Below are positions 8,968 to 19,473 of a stretch of DNA of 64,000 nt, piece by piece; the stretch's first letter is position 1, and each line of letters starts with the position of its first letter. Source of the stretch: an uncultured delta proteobacterium (GTDB lineage: Bacteria; Myxococcota_A; Polyangia; Fen-1088); NCBI GenBank assembly GCA_963737265.1, contig CAVTRY010000012.1, positions 160,001 through 224,000 on the forward strand, written 5' to 3'. The notes below the pieces were generated by a model. That model was not told the origin of the DNA. It searched no databases and saw only the letters and a program-made list of their open reading frames with translations. A program made the position numbers and the translations under genes.

Positions 8968-9867
8968 ATGGCAAAACAATGGTGGCCTCTCACGCTCATG
9001 GTCGCGCTGACAGCTTGCAGCGGGAATTCAGTGATAGGTGCCTCCACCGAAAACAAGGCATCCAACAATGGCGGTGGCCAGGTGACCATCACCCCCAACA
9101 CCGGCTTCGGCGGCGCGACCGGTGTGGGCACGGCCAATGGTCAGACCGGTCAGCTCACCGTCACGATCCGAGACTTCAAGTTCTACAACGCTGGCGACCC
9201 ATCGACGGTGCCCGACTTCGAGAATGTTCCCAAGACCGATCAGAACGGCAACCCAAGCCCGACCTACACCGGCCCCTGGGACGACAAGAACATCGTCGCC
9301 GACCAGCTCGGCGCGGATCACAAGCCGGTCTACAAGAACGCAACAGGGACGACCCTGACGACACACGGAAAGACCGCCTTCGACAAGTGGTATCGCACCG
9401 TCTCCGGGACCAACATCGCCCAGGCCATCCCGCTGGCCCTGACCAAGAACGCCGACGGGGCGTACGAATATGACAGTCAGGCTGCGGGACCGCTGAGCCC
9501 GGGCGGAATGTTCTTCCCCATCGACGACGGGACGCAATACAAGACCGCGTTTGGCAACCAGGGCATGACGCATAACTACTCTTTCACGAGTGAAATCCAC
9601 ACGCTTTTCACCTACCAGGGCGGTGAGACCTTTCACTTCAGTGGGGACGACGATGTGTACGTTTTCATCAACAACAGCCTCGTCATCAATCTGGGCGGGG
9701 TCCATTCCAGGGAGCCCGCGGATGTGGCGATCGATGATCTGAAACTCACCAAGGGCAGCACCTATCCGCTCAACTTCTTCCACGCCGAGCGCCACATGAC
9801 TCAAAGCAATCTGCTCATCACCACCACCCTCGAATTGGTGGTTAACACCGACATCCCGACTTACTAG
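8968..9867 (+). CDS. Fibro-slime (PA14-related) domain lipoprotein
   Basis: Lipobox LTAC, TIRDF, HNYSFTSE, FSGDDDVYVFIN, LGGVH and FFHAERH. Confidence 0.9.
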   Translation: MAKQWWPLTLMVALTACSGNSVIGASTENKASNNGGGQVTITPNTGFGGATGVGTANGQTGQLTVTIRDFKFYNAGDPSTVPDFENVPKTDQNGNPSPTYTGPWDDKNIVADQLGADHKPVYKNATGTTLTTHGKTAFDKWYRTVSGTNIAQAIPLALTKNADGAYEYDSQAAGPLSPGGMFFPIDDGTQYKTAFGNQGMTHNYSFTSEIHTLFTYQGGETFHFSGDDDVYVFINNSLVINLGGVHSREPADVAIDDLKLTKGSTYPLNFFHAERHMTQSNLLITTTLELVVNTDIPTY

Positions 9868-10418
9868 TGGCGCTTCTCGGACGAAGGGGCCGGATCCTCC
9901 GCTTTCCGCCGCGCCTTGGACCGGCGACGGCGAACGAGCGCGACCACGAGAAGCACGGCCAACAGCAGAACCAAGCCTGCTGCGAAGGGAGTGCCGCGTA
10001 GCCAGCCTGTGCCTTCGGCTCCCAATCGCACCGAGGCCACCAGCGCCCGAACCAGAAACCGCCCGAAACGAATCAGCAGCGGCAAGGTCAGGAGCAGCGC
10101 AACGATCTTGACCAAGCCGCTGTTCTTGCGCGGCCCAGCCCCAAAGCCGGGCGCGCCTGCCGGCCCAGCGGCGCCGCGAAAGCCGCTCGCCCCGCCGTCG
10201 AACGCCGCTCGCCGCTCGGCATGCGATAGGATCTCGTAGGCACGGTTGATCTCGGCCATTTTTTCAGCGGCCAGATCCTCCAAGGGATTTCCCGAATGCT
10301 TGTCGGGGTGGTAGCGCGCCACCAGCGCCCGATAGGCGGCGCGGATTTCAGCATCGGTCGCGGTGCGCGACACGCCCAAGACGGTGTAGGGATCTGGCTC
10401 GTTGGCAGCGGGTCTCAA
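9864..10418 (-). CDS. DnaJ-domain membrane protein
   Basis: DPYTVLGV..YHPDK J-domain followed by two hydrophobic helices. Confidence 0.88.
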   Translation of the reverse strand: MRPAANEPDPYTVLGVSRTATDAEIRAAYRALVARYHPDKHSGNPLEDLAAEKMAEINRAYEILSHAERRAAFDGGASGFRGAAGPAGAPGFGAGPRKNSGLVKIVALLLTLPLLIRFGRFLVRALVASVRLGAEGTGWLRGTPFAAGLVLLLAVLLVVALVRRRRSKARRKAEDPAPSSEKRH

Positions 10419-11386
10419 TGTGCGGTGGACCTCCCCGTGGCAGCGGCCGCGGCCGGCGACTGCAAGTAGCGGAAGAGATCCGCGCTGGTCGACAGCACGA
10501 GCCAGGAATCCTTGTCGATGGTACTGCGATAGGTTTCCATGGTGCGCAGGAAGCGGTAAAGCTCGCGGTTGCGATTGTATGCTTCAGCATAGATTCCCGT
10601 GGCCTCGGCGTCGCCGCGCCCCATGATTTCCTGGGTCTTGCGATAGGCCTCGGACTCGATCACCTTGAGCTCGCGCTCCTTCTTGCCGCGAATCTCGGCG
10701 CTCTTGCCCTGCCCTTCCGAACGGTAGCGGTCGGCGATGCGCTTGCGTTCCGAAATCATGCGGTCGAACACCTTGGTCTGAACGCTCTCGATGTAGTTGA
10801 CGCGCTGGATCTGCAAGTCGACGAGCTCGATGCCATAGTCCGGAACCACACGCGACGCACGCTCGAGAATAAGCCGGGTAATCTTGTCCCGCCCGAGCTC
10901 AATCTGCCGCATGGCCTCGGTGTCCATAACATCTTCGATTTCTTCGGTCTTTTCAAAGGCGCGGTTGCTGGTTCGCACCACTTCGATCAAATCGTGACTG
11001 GCGATGACGTTGCGGGTTTCTCCGTCGATGATGTCATCGAGGCGCGACTGGGCACCCCGCTCGTCACGCAAGCGCTGGAAGAAAAGCAGCGGATTGTCGA
11101 TGCGCCAGCGCGCGTAGGTTTCGACCCAGATGTATTTCTTGTCGCGGGTCGGGACCTGGTTGGGATTGCCGTTGAATTCAAGCCAGCGCTTGTCGAACAC
11201 GTTCGCTTCCTGGGCGAACGGCACCTTCACGTGCAGGCCGGGTTGGATGACGGCCTGCCCGATGGGCTGACCGAACTGTGTGATGACGACCTGCTCGGTC
11301 TCCGCCACCGTGTACAAGGCCGATGACAACGTCACGATGCCCAGCACCACCAGCCCGGCGATGATCCACCACGATCGAGTCGTCAT
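10415..11386 (-). CDS. hflC: FtsH protease modulator HflC
   Basis: SPFH domain, RMISERKRIA..RSEG, downstream of hflK. Confidence 0.95.
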   Translation of the reverse strand: MTTRSWWIIAGLVVLGIVTLSSALYTVAETEQVVITQFGQPIGQAVIQPGLHVKVPFAQEANVFDKRWLEFNGNPNQVPTRDKKYIWVETYARWRIDNPLLFFQRLRDERGAQSRLDDIIDGETRNVIASHDLIEVVRTSNRAFEKTEEIEDVMDTEAMRQIELGRDKITRLILERASRVVPDYGIELVDLQIQRVNYIESVQTKVFDRMISERKRIADRYRSEGQGKSAEIRGKKERELKVIESEAYRKTQEIMGRGDAEATGIYAEAYNRNRELYRFLRTMETYRSTIDKDSWLVLSTSADLFRYLQSPAAAAATGRSTAH

Positions 11387-12408
11387 GGCTTGACCTCCTC
11401 GGTCGGTCCTTGCGGACCGAGCGGAAACATGGGCAGGATACCCTTCGCCTTTTCATCGAAGATCAGCTTCTTGCCCGCGTTGGGAAGAACCGCCGACATG
11501 GTTTCGAGATAGAGCCGGGTGCGCGTCACCTCGGGCGACTTGCGATACTCCTGTTCGAGCGCGGTGAACCTTTGTGCATCGCCCTTGGCGCGGTTCACGC
11601 GATCCACGGCAAACCCCTCGGCAGCCTCGATCTTCTGTTCGGCCAGGCCGCGCGCGCGCGGGATCTCCTGGTTGTATTCGGCCCAGGCCTCGTTGATCGC
11701 GCGCTCGCGCTCCTGAATCGCCTGGTTGACAGCGTTGAACGACGGCTTTACCGACTCGGGCGGATCTACGTCCTGCAACACCAGCTGCTGGACCGAGATG
11801 CCGTTGTCGTAGAGCTTGCACAGATTCGACAGCAGCTCCTTCGCCTTGGCCGCGATGGATTCGCGCCCGACGGTCAGAAGCTCGGTCACGCTGTGATCGC
11901 CCACCACAGTGCGCATGGACGCTTCGGCCATCAGGCGGAAGGTCTCCTCGACGTCGCGCAGCTTGAACAGGTACTTATAAGGATCGGAAATCTTGTACTG
12001 CACGATCCACTCGACCGTCGCCACGTTGAGATCGCCGGTGAGCATGAGCGATTCGCTGGCGGTCTTTTCGTCCTTGCGAAAGGTGCTCTGAATGTCGGCG
12101 CGCGCGGTACGGAAGCCGAACTCCTGCTTGAGCTGCCGCTGCACCGGAACCTTCTGCACCCGCTCGATGCCGAACGGGATCTTGCCGTGCGGCCCGGGCT
12201 CGCAGGTGCGAACGAATCGCCCGAAACGGGTGACCAGACCGACCTCGTCAGGCTCGACCTGGTAGTACGAGCTGACCATGGCCGCGAGCGCCACCACCGC
12301 GACGACGATCGTGCCCAGCAGCCGGCGCGACGATCGCAAGCGGTCGCGCAGCTCGCGCCCCAAGCGGAAAAGATCCTCTGGACCGAAATCGACCCCGCTG
12401 TTCGCCAT
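11383..12408 (-). CDS. hflK: FtsH protease modulator HflK
   Basis: MLTGDLN, IPRARG, A.GDAQRF and PEVTRTRLYLETM. Confidence 0.95.
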   Translation of the reverse strand: MANSGVDFGPEDLFRLGRELRDRLRSSRRLLGTIVVAVVALAAMVSSYYQVEPDEVGLVTRFGRFVRTCEPGPHGKIPFGIERVQKVPVQRQLKQEFGFRTARADIQSTFRKDEKTASESLMLTGDLNVATVEWIVQYKISDPYKYLFKLRDVEETFRLMAEASMRTVVGDHSVTELLTVGRESIAAKAKELLSNLCKLYDNGISVQQLVLQDVDPPESVKPSFNAVNQAIQERERAINEAWAEYNQEIPRARGLAEQKIEAAEGFAVDRVNRAKGDAQRFTALEQEYRKSPEVTRTRLYLETMSAVLPNAGKKLIFDEKAKGILPMFPLGPQGPTEEVKP

Positions 12409-12451
12409 GGCATCTTCTGTCAGACTCCGCCCAAAAACTCAATGCTCGCCG

Positions 12452-13006
12452 CTACATCGTACGGATGTCGACCCAGTGCATGCCCGCCCTACGCGCGGCT
12501 TCGAGGCCAAGCTCGGTGTCCTCGTACACGGTGCAGTCCGTGGGTATTGCCTTGAGGCGGCGCGCGGCTTCGAGAAAAACATCGGGGTCGGGCTTGTGCT
12601 TGGCGGTGTCCTCGGCCGTCACCAACACGGAAAACCAGTCGAGAATTCCGATCTGACGCAAAGTCAGCTCGACCAGATAGCGTTGCCCGCCGGACGCGAC
12701 CGCCATGGGCGAAACGCCCCGGCCGCGGCGAGCGACCTCGACGACTTTCTCGATGGGCCTTATCTCGCCAACCTTTTCGATGAAGGCCTGCTCCTTCTGC
12801 CGCACGAGCGTTGCCACGTCGGGGACCTTCCCCGCCTCGAAAAATAGCCGCTCGACGATTTTACCTGTCGGCATGCCGCCGAGGGCGTAAAAGCGATCCT
12901 CCGGCAAGGCGATGCCATGCGGCCGCAGAATTTCGACCCAGGCGCGGTAGTGCGCCGGCATGGTGTCGGCCAGGGTTCCGTCACAATCGAAAATGAGCGC
13001 GTTCAC
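12452..13006 (-). CDS. HAD family phosphatase (YqaB/beta-PGM-like)
   Basis: IFDCDGTLADT, HKPDPD and VYEDT motifs. GTG start inferred; the upstream extension in the track overlaps the next gene. Confidence 0.88.
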   Translation of the reverse strand: MNALIFDCDGTLADTMPAHYRAWVEILRPHGIALPEDRFYALGGMPTGKIVERLFFEAGKVPDVATLVRQKEQAFIEKVGEIRPIEKVVEVARRGRGVSPMAVASGGQRYLVELTLRQIGILDWFSVLVTAEDTAKHKPDPDVFLEAARRLKAIPTDCTVYEDTELGLEAARRAGMHWVDIRTM

Positions 13007-13040
13007 GACCCGGCCTTCATAGCAGAACAAGACAGGCGAA

Positions 13041-14633
13041 TCAGCCGTCGCGTGTGCGGCGAACGAACATGACACCAGCGCCGCAGCCCACGCCGACGAG
13101 AACCATGAGCACGATCCACCCCGCCGTGCGGTGCTGGCGGGTTTCGTAAAGCCAGTGGTCGATTCGCACTCGGTCGTAAGCATTTTGGGGATCGATGTTG
13201 AGCCGGGTGTGGCGGCGCCATGGGGCATCGAGTGCTGCCCGCTTCCACTCGTGATGAAAGGGAACGTGCCGGACGAGCCACAGGTGGCCAAGAATCGGTT
13301 GGAATGGCGCCAGCCAGACCGTCGGATAGACATCTTCGAAGCAGCCTTCACAGAAGCCGCCCTTGTCGGGTGTAAGCGACGCGCTGCGGTTCGGTTGCCC
13401 GAGCCATTTGGTGCGCACCTCGAGGGCGAGGCGAAGGTAGGAATCCCAGTAAAACGCGTTGCCGAGGAGCTGGACGCAAAAGCCCGCCACCAGCACGCCA
13501 GCCGCGAACGTCCGGCCAGGCCAGCGCGCCGTTGAGAGAAATGAGATGCAGGGAAGAAGCAGCACCGGAACCGCGAATACCATGTAGCGCGGGCCCCAGG
13601 CCCAATCACCCGGCCAGAAGGGAAACCGGGCGTAGAACAGCATCATGGGCCCGATGGTGACCAGCATGGCGATGGCGGTCCTGCGCTGCGCGCGCCAGAA
13701 GCCGGGCAGTCCAAAGGCGGCCAGCACCAGCGGCGGCGTGTAGAGAAAGATGCTCTTGCCCGGCGAGAACAGGAACCCCCAGGTGCCGACGAGAACGTTC
13801 TCCATCATGACGTTCGTGACCGTCCCGTAGCCGGTGCTGGCGACGCCGCTGAAGCGCAAATGGTTGTAGAGCAGAATCGCGAGAAGCCCGGGCACGAGAC
13901 CGGCAACCACGAAACCGACGGCGGCCAACAGCGATCGCCAGGTCTTCCAGTGCGCCAGGACCACCACGGCCAGCGCCCCGGGCAGACAAAGTGCATAGAC
14001 ATACTTCGTATTGAGCAGAAGACCGGCCCACACGCCGACGGCCAGAGCCGTGCGCCGATCCAGCCGCTTCAAGAGTTGTGAGAGCTCGAGAAAGAAACCG
14101 GTAAAGCACGCAATCTGAACGATTTCGCCGAAAGGATAGCGGGCGTAGACCCAGACGATGCTTGCCAGTGCGAGGAGAATCGCCGCGAAGCGCGCCACGG
14201 GCGGCGAGGCGCCGTGTCCGAGACACAGGCGGAAGAACAGCCAGGCCACGAGCGCGCCAAGCATTCCGCCGGCGAAGTGGCAGGCAAAGACGTCCAGGAG
14301 ATGCGCGACCTCCGGCCCGAGCTTGAAATGCGACAGCAGCACTCGCACCGCCACGCCGGGAAGATGGACCAAGGACGGAAGCCACGGCTGGGCGGCGTAG
14401 AACTTGCCAGCGCGCCCCGGCGCCGCGCTGGAGGGCCAGCGCGTCTTCGCGGACACGCCATTACCGTGCACCATCGACTCGGCCACTTCGAAGACCGGCC
14501 GGGCGTCTCCCCATGGCATCTCCCGGCTCATCACCGCGAAGTAGAAACAAGCCACCGCCACAAACAGATACATCCCGGGGCCACGAAAAACGCGACCCGC
14601 GGTCCCGCGCCACACATCCGCGATGCGACTCAT
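13041..14633 (-). CDS. GT-C-like polytopic membrane glycosyltransferase
   Basis: Many TM helices, SPGKSIFLYTP and WGPRYM motifs. ATGA overlap with the upstream gene. Confidence 0.65.
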   Translation of the reverse strand: MSRIADVWRGTAGRVFRGPGMYLFVAVACFYFAVMSREMPWGDARPVFEVAESMVHGNGVSAKTRWPSSAAPGRAGKFYAAQPWLPSLVHLPGVAVRVLLSHFKLGPEVAHLLDVFACHFAGGMLGALVAWLFFRLCLGHGASPPVARFAAILLALASIVWVYARYPFGEIVQIACFTGFFLELSQLLKRLDRRTALAVGVWAGLLLNTKYVYALCLPGALAVVVLAHWKTWRSLLAAVGFVVAGLVPGLLAILLYNHLRFSGVASTGYGTVTNVMMENVLVGTWGFLFSPGKSIFLYTPPLVLAAFGLPGFWRAQRRTAIAMLVTIGPMMLFYARFPFWPGDWAWGPRYMVFAVPVLLLPCISFLSTARWPGRTFAAGVLVAGFCVQLLGNAFYWDSYLRLALEVRTKWLGQPNRSASLTPDKGGFCEGCFEDVYPTVWLAPFQPILGHLWLVRHVPFHHEWKRAALDAPWRRHTRLNIDPQNAYDRVRIDHWLYETRQHRTAGWIVLMVLVGVGCGAGVMFVRRTRDG

Positions 14634-16165
14634 GTTCCAGGCACTCCGGCCGCAGACATGCGGCCGTAGCCACCACTTCCACGAAGGGGTGGAACGCAGA
14701 CCCCGTCGCGGCGGTAGAGGATGTAGGCGCCGGCTTGGGAGATCCTGCGAAAACGAGCATCGCTCATGGTTTGACCCGGGCTCATCAAAGCGTAGTTCGC
14801 GGCCGCTAGGTTGGGACCTGCAGCGGACCACAAGAGCGGTACGCGCCGATGCAGATAGGTATAGCCGCCTGTCCAGTAAGCATTCATGTTGGGTGCCACG
14901 AGCCCGCAAATATCCGCACGGGAGCCGGCCTCGCTCAGCAGCCGATTTCTCTCATCGAAGGCGCCCCAAACCAAGCCCGATGTTGGACCACCGCGCTCTC
15001 CAGGGGCCATCTCCTGCCCGATATCCGCGAAGCTCACCTGGCCGGCGCGCACAAAAAAAACCAAGGAGAGAGTCAAGGCAACCGTTCCGCCAGCAACGCT
15101 CCGGCTGGCACGCGAATAGGGTAACCTTGCAATAAGCCCGCCGAGACCGACAGCCGCGCCCAAAAGGAAGAACGGCAGCACCGGAAAAAGGAAGCGCAAC
15201 TCTTTGTGTGGGATGGTGGAGTGAACCGCCAGAAAAACCAGCGCCGGCACCGCTACCGGCCAGGCTCGCCGAAGCCCGGCGAGAAATCCCAGCGTGAGAA
15301 TCAGGATCGCCGGACCGTTGCTGTTCAGCATGGCGTGCAGAAAGAACGTCCTCGGCGCGACCCCCCACTGGTTGGCGCCGTTTTCGACCAAGTTAAAGCG
15401 CAGGTAGACGATGAGGGATTGAAATGGCTTTCCCCACGTCGCCCAGTCGAGCACGCCGCCCGCCAACATAACCAAGGTCGCGCCGACCGCGACCCAGCCA
15501 GCGGTTCGCCAACCCCGCAAAACCACGACGACGATGGCGACGACCGGCAGCAGGACCCCATTCTGGTAGCGCAAGACGGTGGCCAGCCCGAGCAGGACGC
15601 CGGCAAGAGCGGGACACCGGATCCTTCCACGCCACAACCTGCCCTCCGGTCGGTTTCGCCACGGCCAAAGCAGTGACACCCCAAAGGCGAGCGGCAGCGC
15701 GCTCGCCACCTCGGCCATGGCGCGGCTGCTGTAGATGAGACTGGCCGGCAGCCCAGCAGCGGACAAGCCGAGGAGCAAGGCCGCGGTCCTGCCGCCCAGG
15801 GCGTGGGCGATGCGAAGCATGGGGAAAAAGGTAGCTGCCGCCAGCGCGGCGAAGACGAGCTTCACGCCCGTGACCAGGCCGGCACCGCTGCCAACCCCGA
15901 CGGTAGCCAGCACTTTCATGAGACCCGCGATCAGGCCCGGCAGCAGCCAAGACCGCGCCCCGTCCTTGAATTCCCACGGGACCAGCCCATAGCCGAACGC
16001 CACGCGGTGGCCCTGTTCGAGGGTCTGGAAAATTTCGTCCGCCCAGATGACGCCGTGGTCGTGGACAGCGGGGTACGCGCGAGGCACGAAGATCGCGGCG
16101 CACAAACCCAACAGCAGCCAACTGCGTTTGCTGGCGGCGGTGGCCGCGGACTCCAGGCGATTCAC
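14630..16165 (-). CDS. GT22 (PIG-B/Alg9-like) mannosyltransferase
   Basis: ADEIFQTLE..H...GYG..PWEF and HKELRFLFP motifs. Start is uncertain (16165 or 16219). Confidence 0.8.
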   Translation of the reverse strand: MNRLESAATAASKRSWLLLGLCAAIFVPRAYPAVHDHGVIWADEIFQTLEQGHRVAFGYGLVPWEFKDGARSWLLPGLIAGLMKVLATVGVGSGAGLVTGVKLVFAALAAATFFPMLRIAHALGGRTAALLLGLSAAGLPASLIYSSRAMAEVASALPLAFGVSLLWPWRNRPEGRLWRGRIRCPALAGVLLGLATVLRYQNGVLLPVVAIVVVVLRGWRTAGWVAVGATLVMLAGGVLDWATWGKPFQSLIVYLRFNLVENGANQWGVAPRTFFLHAMLNSNGPAILILTLGFLAGLRRAWPVAVPALVFLAVHSTIPHKELRFLFPVLPFFLLGAAVGLGGLIARLPYSRASRSVAGGTVALTLSLVFFVRAGQVSFADIGQEMAPGERGGPTSGLVWGAFDERNRLLSEAGSRADICGLVAPNMNAYWTGGYTYLHRRVPLLWSAAGPNLAAANYALMSPGQTMSDARFRRISQAGAYILYRRDGVCVPPLRGSGGYGRMSAAGVPGT

Positions 16166-16218
16166 CGGGCAAGAATGCCTGCTCGCCTCGCCGCGGTCTA
16201 GATCGCAGCCGGGATTCA

Positions 16219-17340
16219 CTACGCATCTACGACGGCCGACAACACCGCTCCCGGCGCGCCTACGCGCGCGAAGGATGCCGCCAGCGCCTGATTATCCTTC
16301 GTCCCGAGGACCTTCGGCAAAGCCTCGGCGGGCACGGGCATGGCAACGCTCAGTCCAGCCTTGAAACGCTCAACCCTTGCCGCGCTCTCCTCGACGCGCG
16401 CGCGAACATCCGCCCTGGTCTCGCCAGCCCGGACCAGCGCCTCGAACGCGCGCGTCTGCCGGTCGCGCGGCTCGCGAACGAGAAAATGGTCGACCCCGGC
16501 CAGCAGACTCTCGACAACCAGCTCCTCGACCGGATAGCGGTCGGCCACCGCGCGCATGCCCAGATCGTCGCTGACCAATATCCCGACAAAGCCCAGCTCG
16601 CCGCGCAGAATGTCGTGGGCGATCCGCCGCGACAGTGTCGCCGGCAGGTCGGCATCCCACGCCGGATAGAGGACGTGCGCGGTCATGATTGCCTCCATTC
16701 CTGCCCGAGCCGCGGCGGCGAACGGGGCCAGCTCGATAGAGCGCAGGCGTGTCTCGTCGTGCGCCACCAGGGGAAGCTCAACGTGGGAATCGGTGTGGGT
16801 GTCGCCGTGCCCGGGAAAGTGCTTCCCGCAACCGAGCAACCCCGCATCGTGCAGACCGCGCCAGAAAGCAAGGGCGTGGTCGATGACGTTTTCGACGCGC
16901 GTGCCAAAAGCGCGGTTGCCAATGACTGGATTCTTGGGATTGGTCCGCACATCGAGCACCGGCGCCAAATCCCAGCCGATGCCCAGCGCGGCGAGCTCCG
17001 CGCCGAGCGCACGCCCCACCGCGCGCGTGCGCTGAACGTCGCCGGCCGCGGCCACCGAATACATGTCGGGCCACTCGGTCAGCGGGCTGCGCAAACGCTG
17101 CACAAGTCCACCTTCCTGATCGACGGACACCATCAACTCCGCCGAGAGCGGGCTTGCCTTGCGCAGCGACGCCACCAGCCCCGCCACTTGGGCCGGATTT
17201 TCGATATTGGGGCGAAAAAGCATCACGCCGCCGATTTCCGATCGAGCGACGCGATCGAGGAGCTCACCGGGTGCCGAGAGGCCGTCGAAGCCGACCGAAA
17301 AGAGCTGCCCGCAGAGGCGCCTAAATTTAGATGAAGTCAC
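16219..17340 (-). CDS. nagZ: Beta-N-acetylhexosaminidase (GH3)
   Basis: VDQEGG.VQR, KHFPGHGDTHTDSH and SDDLGM. Confidence 0.92.
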   Translation of the reverse strand: MTSSKFRRLCGQLFSVGFDGLSAPGELLDRVARSEIGGVMLFRPNIENPAQVAGLVASLRKASPLSAELMVSVDQEGGLVQRLRSPLTEWPDMYSVAAAGDVQRTRAVGRALGAELAALGIGWDLAPVLDVRTNPKNPVIGNRAFGTRVENVIDHALAFWRGLHDAGLLGCGKHFPGHGDTHTDSHVELPLVAHDETRLRSIELAPFAAAARAGMEAIMTAHVLYPAWDADLPATLSRRIAHDILRGELGFVGILVSDDLGMRAVADRYPVEELVVESLLAGVDHFLVREPRDRQTRAFEALVRAGETRADVRARVEESAARVERFKAGLSVAMPVPAEALPKVLGTKDNQALAASFARVGAPGAVLSAVVDA

Positions 17341-17487
17341 AGCCCTATGGTACCCGATGAAATGGGGTCTGGGACGTGACTTCCGTGAAAACTCGACCGT
17401 CCGCGCTCCTAGGGGTTCCCGCAGCGTCGGGCTCTTGCTATAAGGTCCCCTGGTTTGCGCACCCCACGAACGATCGAGGTCAAACAA

Positions 17488-19473
17488 ATGTCCGAAAAGG
17501 CAGGCACATGGCTCTCTTGGCTGGCGACTGGCCTGCCTTTCACGCTCGTCGCACTTGCCCTGGCGGGTGCGACTCCCGCATGGGCGCAGATGGGCGGCAT
17601 GAACCCAGGTATGGGCGGGCCCGGCGGCATGGGACATGCCCCCGGCGGGCCAGGAAAAGGGGGCGCGGAAGAGAAAGAAGAAGGGCCAGCCGAGCAGGCC
17701 CCTGACGCCGAGGAGAAAGCCCCGGAAAACAAAGAAAGCGAAAGCGGCTACCTCAACCAGGCGCGACGCCGAACCAAGATCGTCGAGTTCGACGGCTACT
17801 ACCGCGTACGCACCGACTACCTTTACGACATGAACCTGGGCCAGGGATACAGCAATGGATCTCCACCGGCCCTGCCGCCCTTCCCCCAGCCCAGCGAGTG
17901 CATGTCAGCGGTTATTGGCCAAGCACCGGCAACCTCGTGCAGCGACAAGGGCCTCGGCAGCGCCAACATGCGCCTTCGCATCGAGCCGACAATCAACATT
18001 TCCGATCAAGTCCGGGTGCGCAGCCAGTTCGACATCTTCGACAACCTGATCTTGGGTTCGACACCGGACTCGTTGATCAATCCGAACGTGGCCAACCCGA
18101 CCCTCAACTCTGCGAACCCGGTGGGACAAACGAGCGCAGCGGCACCCACGGATATCCTCTCGACTACGCAAAACAGCTATGCCTCCAGCATCCTCGCCAA
18201 ACAAGCATGGGGCGAAATTGACACCGAGCTCGGGTCGATCCGCTTTGGCCGCATGCCCTGGCACTTCGGCCGCGGCATGTACTTCAACCGCGGCGACTGC
18301 GCCGACTGCGATGGCGGCACGGTCGTGGATCGCTTGATGGTGCTCACCACGCTCTACGGCCACCAGCTTTCGCTGGCCTGGGACTTCGGCGCCCAAGGCT
18401 ACGACATCGGCTACACCAACCTAGGCCTGACAAACACGGGCGGCTTCCCTTTGGATCTCACCCAGAAAGACGACGTCACACAGCTCATGGCATCGCTTGC
18501 CCGCATCGACGACGCCAAGACCTGGCGTGAGCGAATCGCAACTGGCGATGTGGTCGTCAACTACGGCGCACAACTGGTCTATCGAAGCCAGGACTATGCG
18601 ACGTTCAACGTGAATTTGCCCGAGGGCTCGGCCCGCGGGTCAAACACCCAGGCACCGCTCACGAGCAACGATCTCGGAAATCCGAGTACCACCGCGGGCC
18701 AGGGGACGCTCACGACCAACGTCAACGCCCTGCTCTTCATCCCCAGCGTTTGGTTCAAACTTGGGTGGAAGGCGCTAACGCTGGAGTTCGAAGGAGACGC
18801 GCTGCTGGGAAAGATGGGCAATGCCGGACCGCTGCGCCTGGATACGACTCAGACCGATCAAGGTCTCAGGATCTTGCAGGCCGGTTGGGTTCTAGCCGCC
18901 GATCTCAAACTATACAACGACTCGCTTTTCATCGGGCTCGAAACCGGTGGGGCCACCGGGGATCAGGCCGAGCTTGCATACAGCCCGACCTACGGCCTTT
19001 ACTACCCTTACCTCAACTACCGCTGGAAATTCGTGCCCCAGCCAGCTGGCGACCGCAGTCTCAACGACTTCCATTTCTCGCCCGAGTATCACGTGGACGA
19101 GATCCTCTTCCGCCGTATCCTCGGCACCGTGACCAACGCCATCTACGTCAAGCCGAGCATCGCGTACTGGCTGGATTTGGATTCGAGCAAGATTCGCGAG
19201 GTCGGGATTTCGGGCGGGCTCATCTACAGCTTCGCGCCGGTCCCGGTGTCCACGCCGGGAAACTCCATGAACTACGGCATCGAAATGGATCTCGGACTTC
19301 AGTACCGCAACCGGCGCGAGAATTTCTACGCCGGCTTGACCTGGGGTGTGTTCTGGCCCATGGCAGCGCTCAGCCGTCCGGCGGGCGACGCTGGGGATCA
19401 GCTGTGGGGAGCGCAGGCCGTGGACGCCAGCGCCGCGCAGGTCCTGCGCACCTTCATGGGCATCCGTTTCTAG
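17488..19473 (+). CDS. TIGR04551-like myxobacterial outer-membrane beta-barrel protein
   Basis: Signal peptide, FDGYYRVR, ANMRLRIEP, FDIFDNLILGSTP, FHFSPEYHVDEILFR and a terminal F. Confidence 0.8.
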   Translation: MSEKAGTWLSWLATGLPFTLVALALAGATPAWAQMGGMNPGMGGPGGMGHAPGGPGKGGAEEKEEGPAEQAPDAEEKAPENKESESGYLNQARRRTKIVEFDGYYRVRTDYLYDMNLGQGYSNGSPPALPPFPQPSECMSAVIGQAPATSCSDKGLGSANMRLRIEPTINISDQVRVRSQFDIFDNLILGSTPDSLINPNVANPTLNSANPVGQTSAAAPTDILSTTQNSYASSILAKQAWGEIDTELGSIRFGRMPWHFGRGMYFNRGDCADCDGGTVVDRLMVLTTLYGHQLSLAWDFGAQGYDIGYTNLGLTNTGGFPLDLTQKDDVTQLMASLARIDDAKTWRERIATGDVVVNYGAQLVYRSQDYATFNVNLPEGSARGSNTQAPLTSNDLGNPSTTAGQGTLTTNVNALLFIPSVWFKLGWKALTLEFEGDALLGKMGNAGPLRLDTTQTDQGLRILQAGWVLAADLKLYNDSLFIGLETGGATGDQAELAYSPTYGLYYPYLNYRWKFVPQPAGDRSLNDFHFSPEYHVDEILFRRILGTVTNAIYVKPSIAYWLDLDSSKIREVGISGGLIYSFAPVPVSTPGNSMNYGIEMDLGLQYRNRRENFYAGLTWGVFWPMAALSRPAGDAGDQLWGAQAVDASAAQVLRTFMGIRF

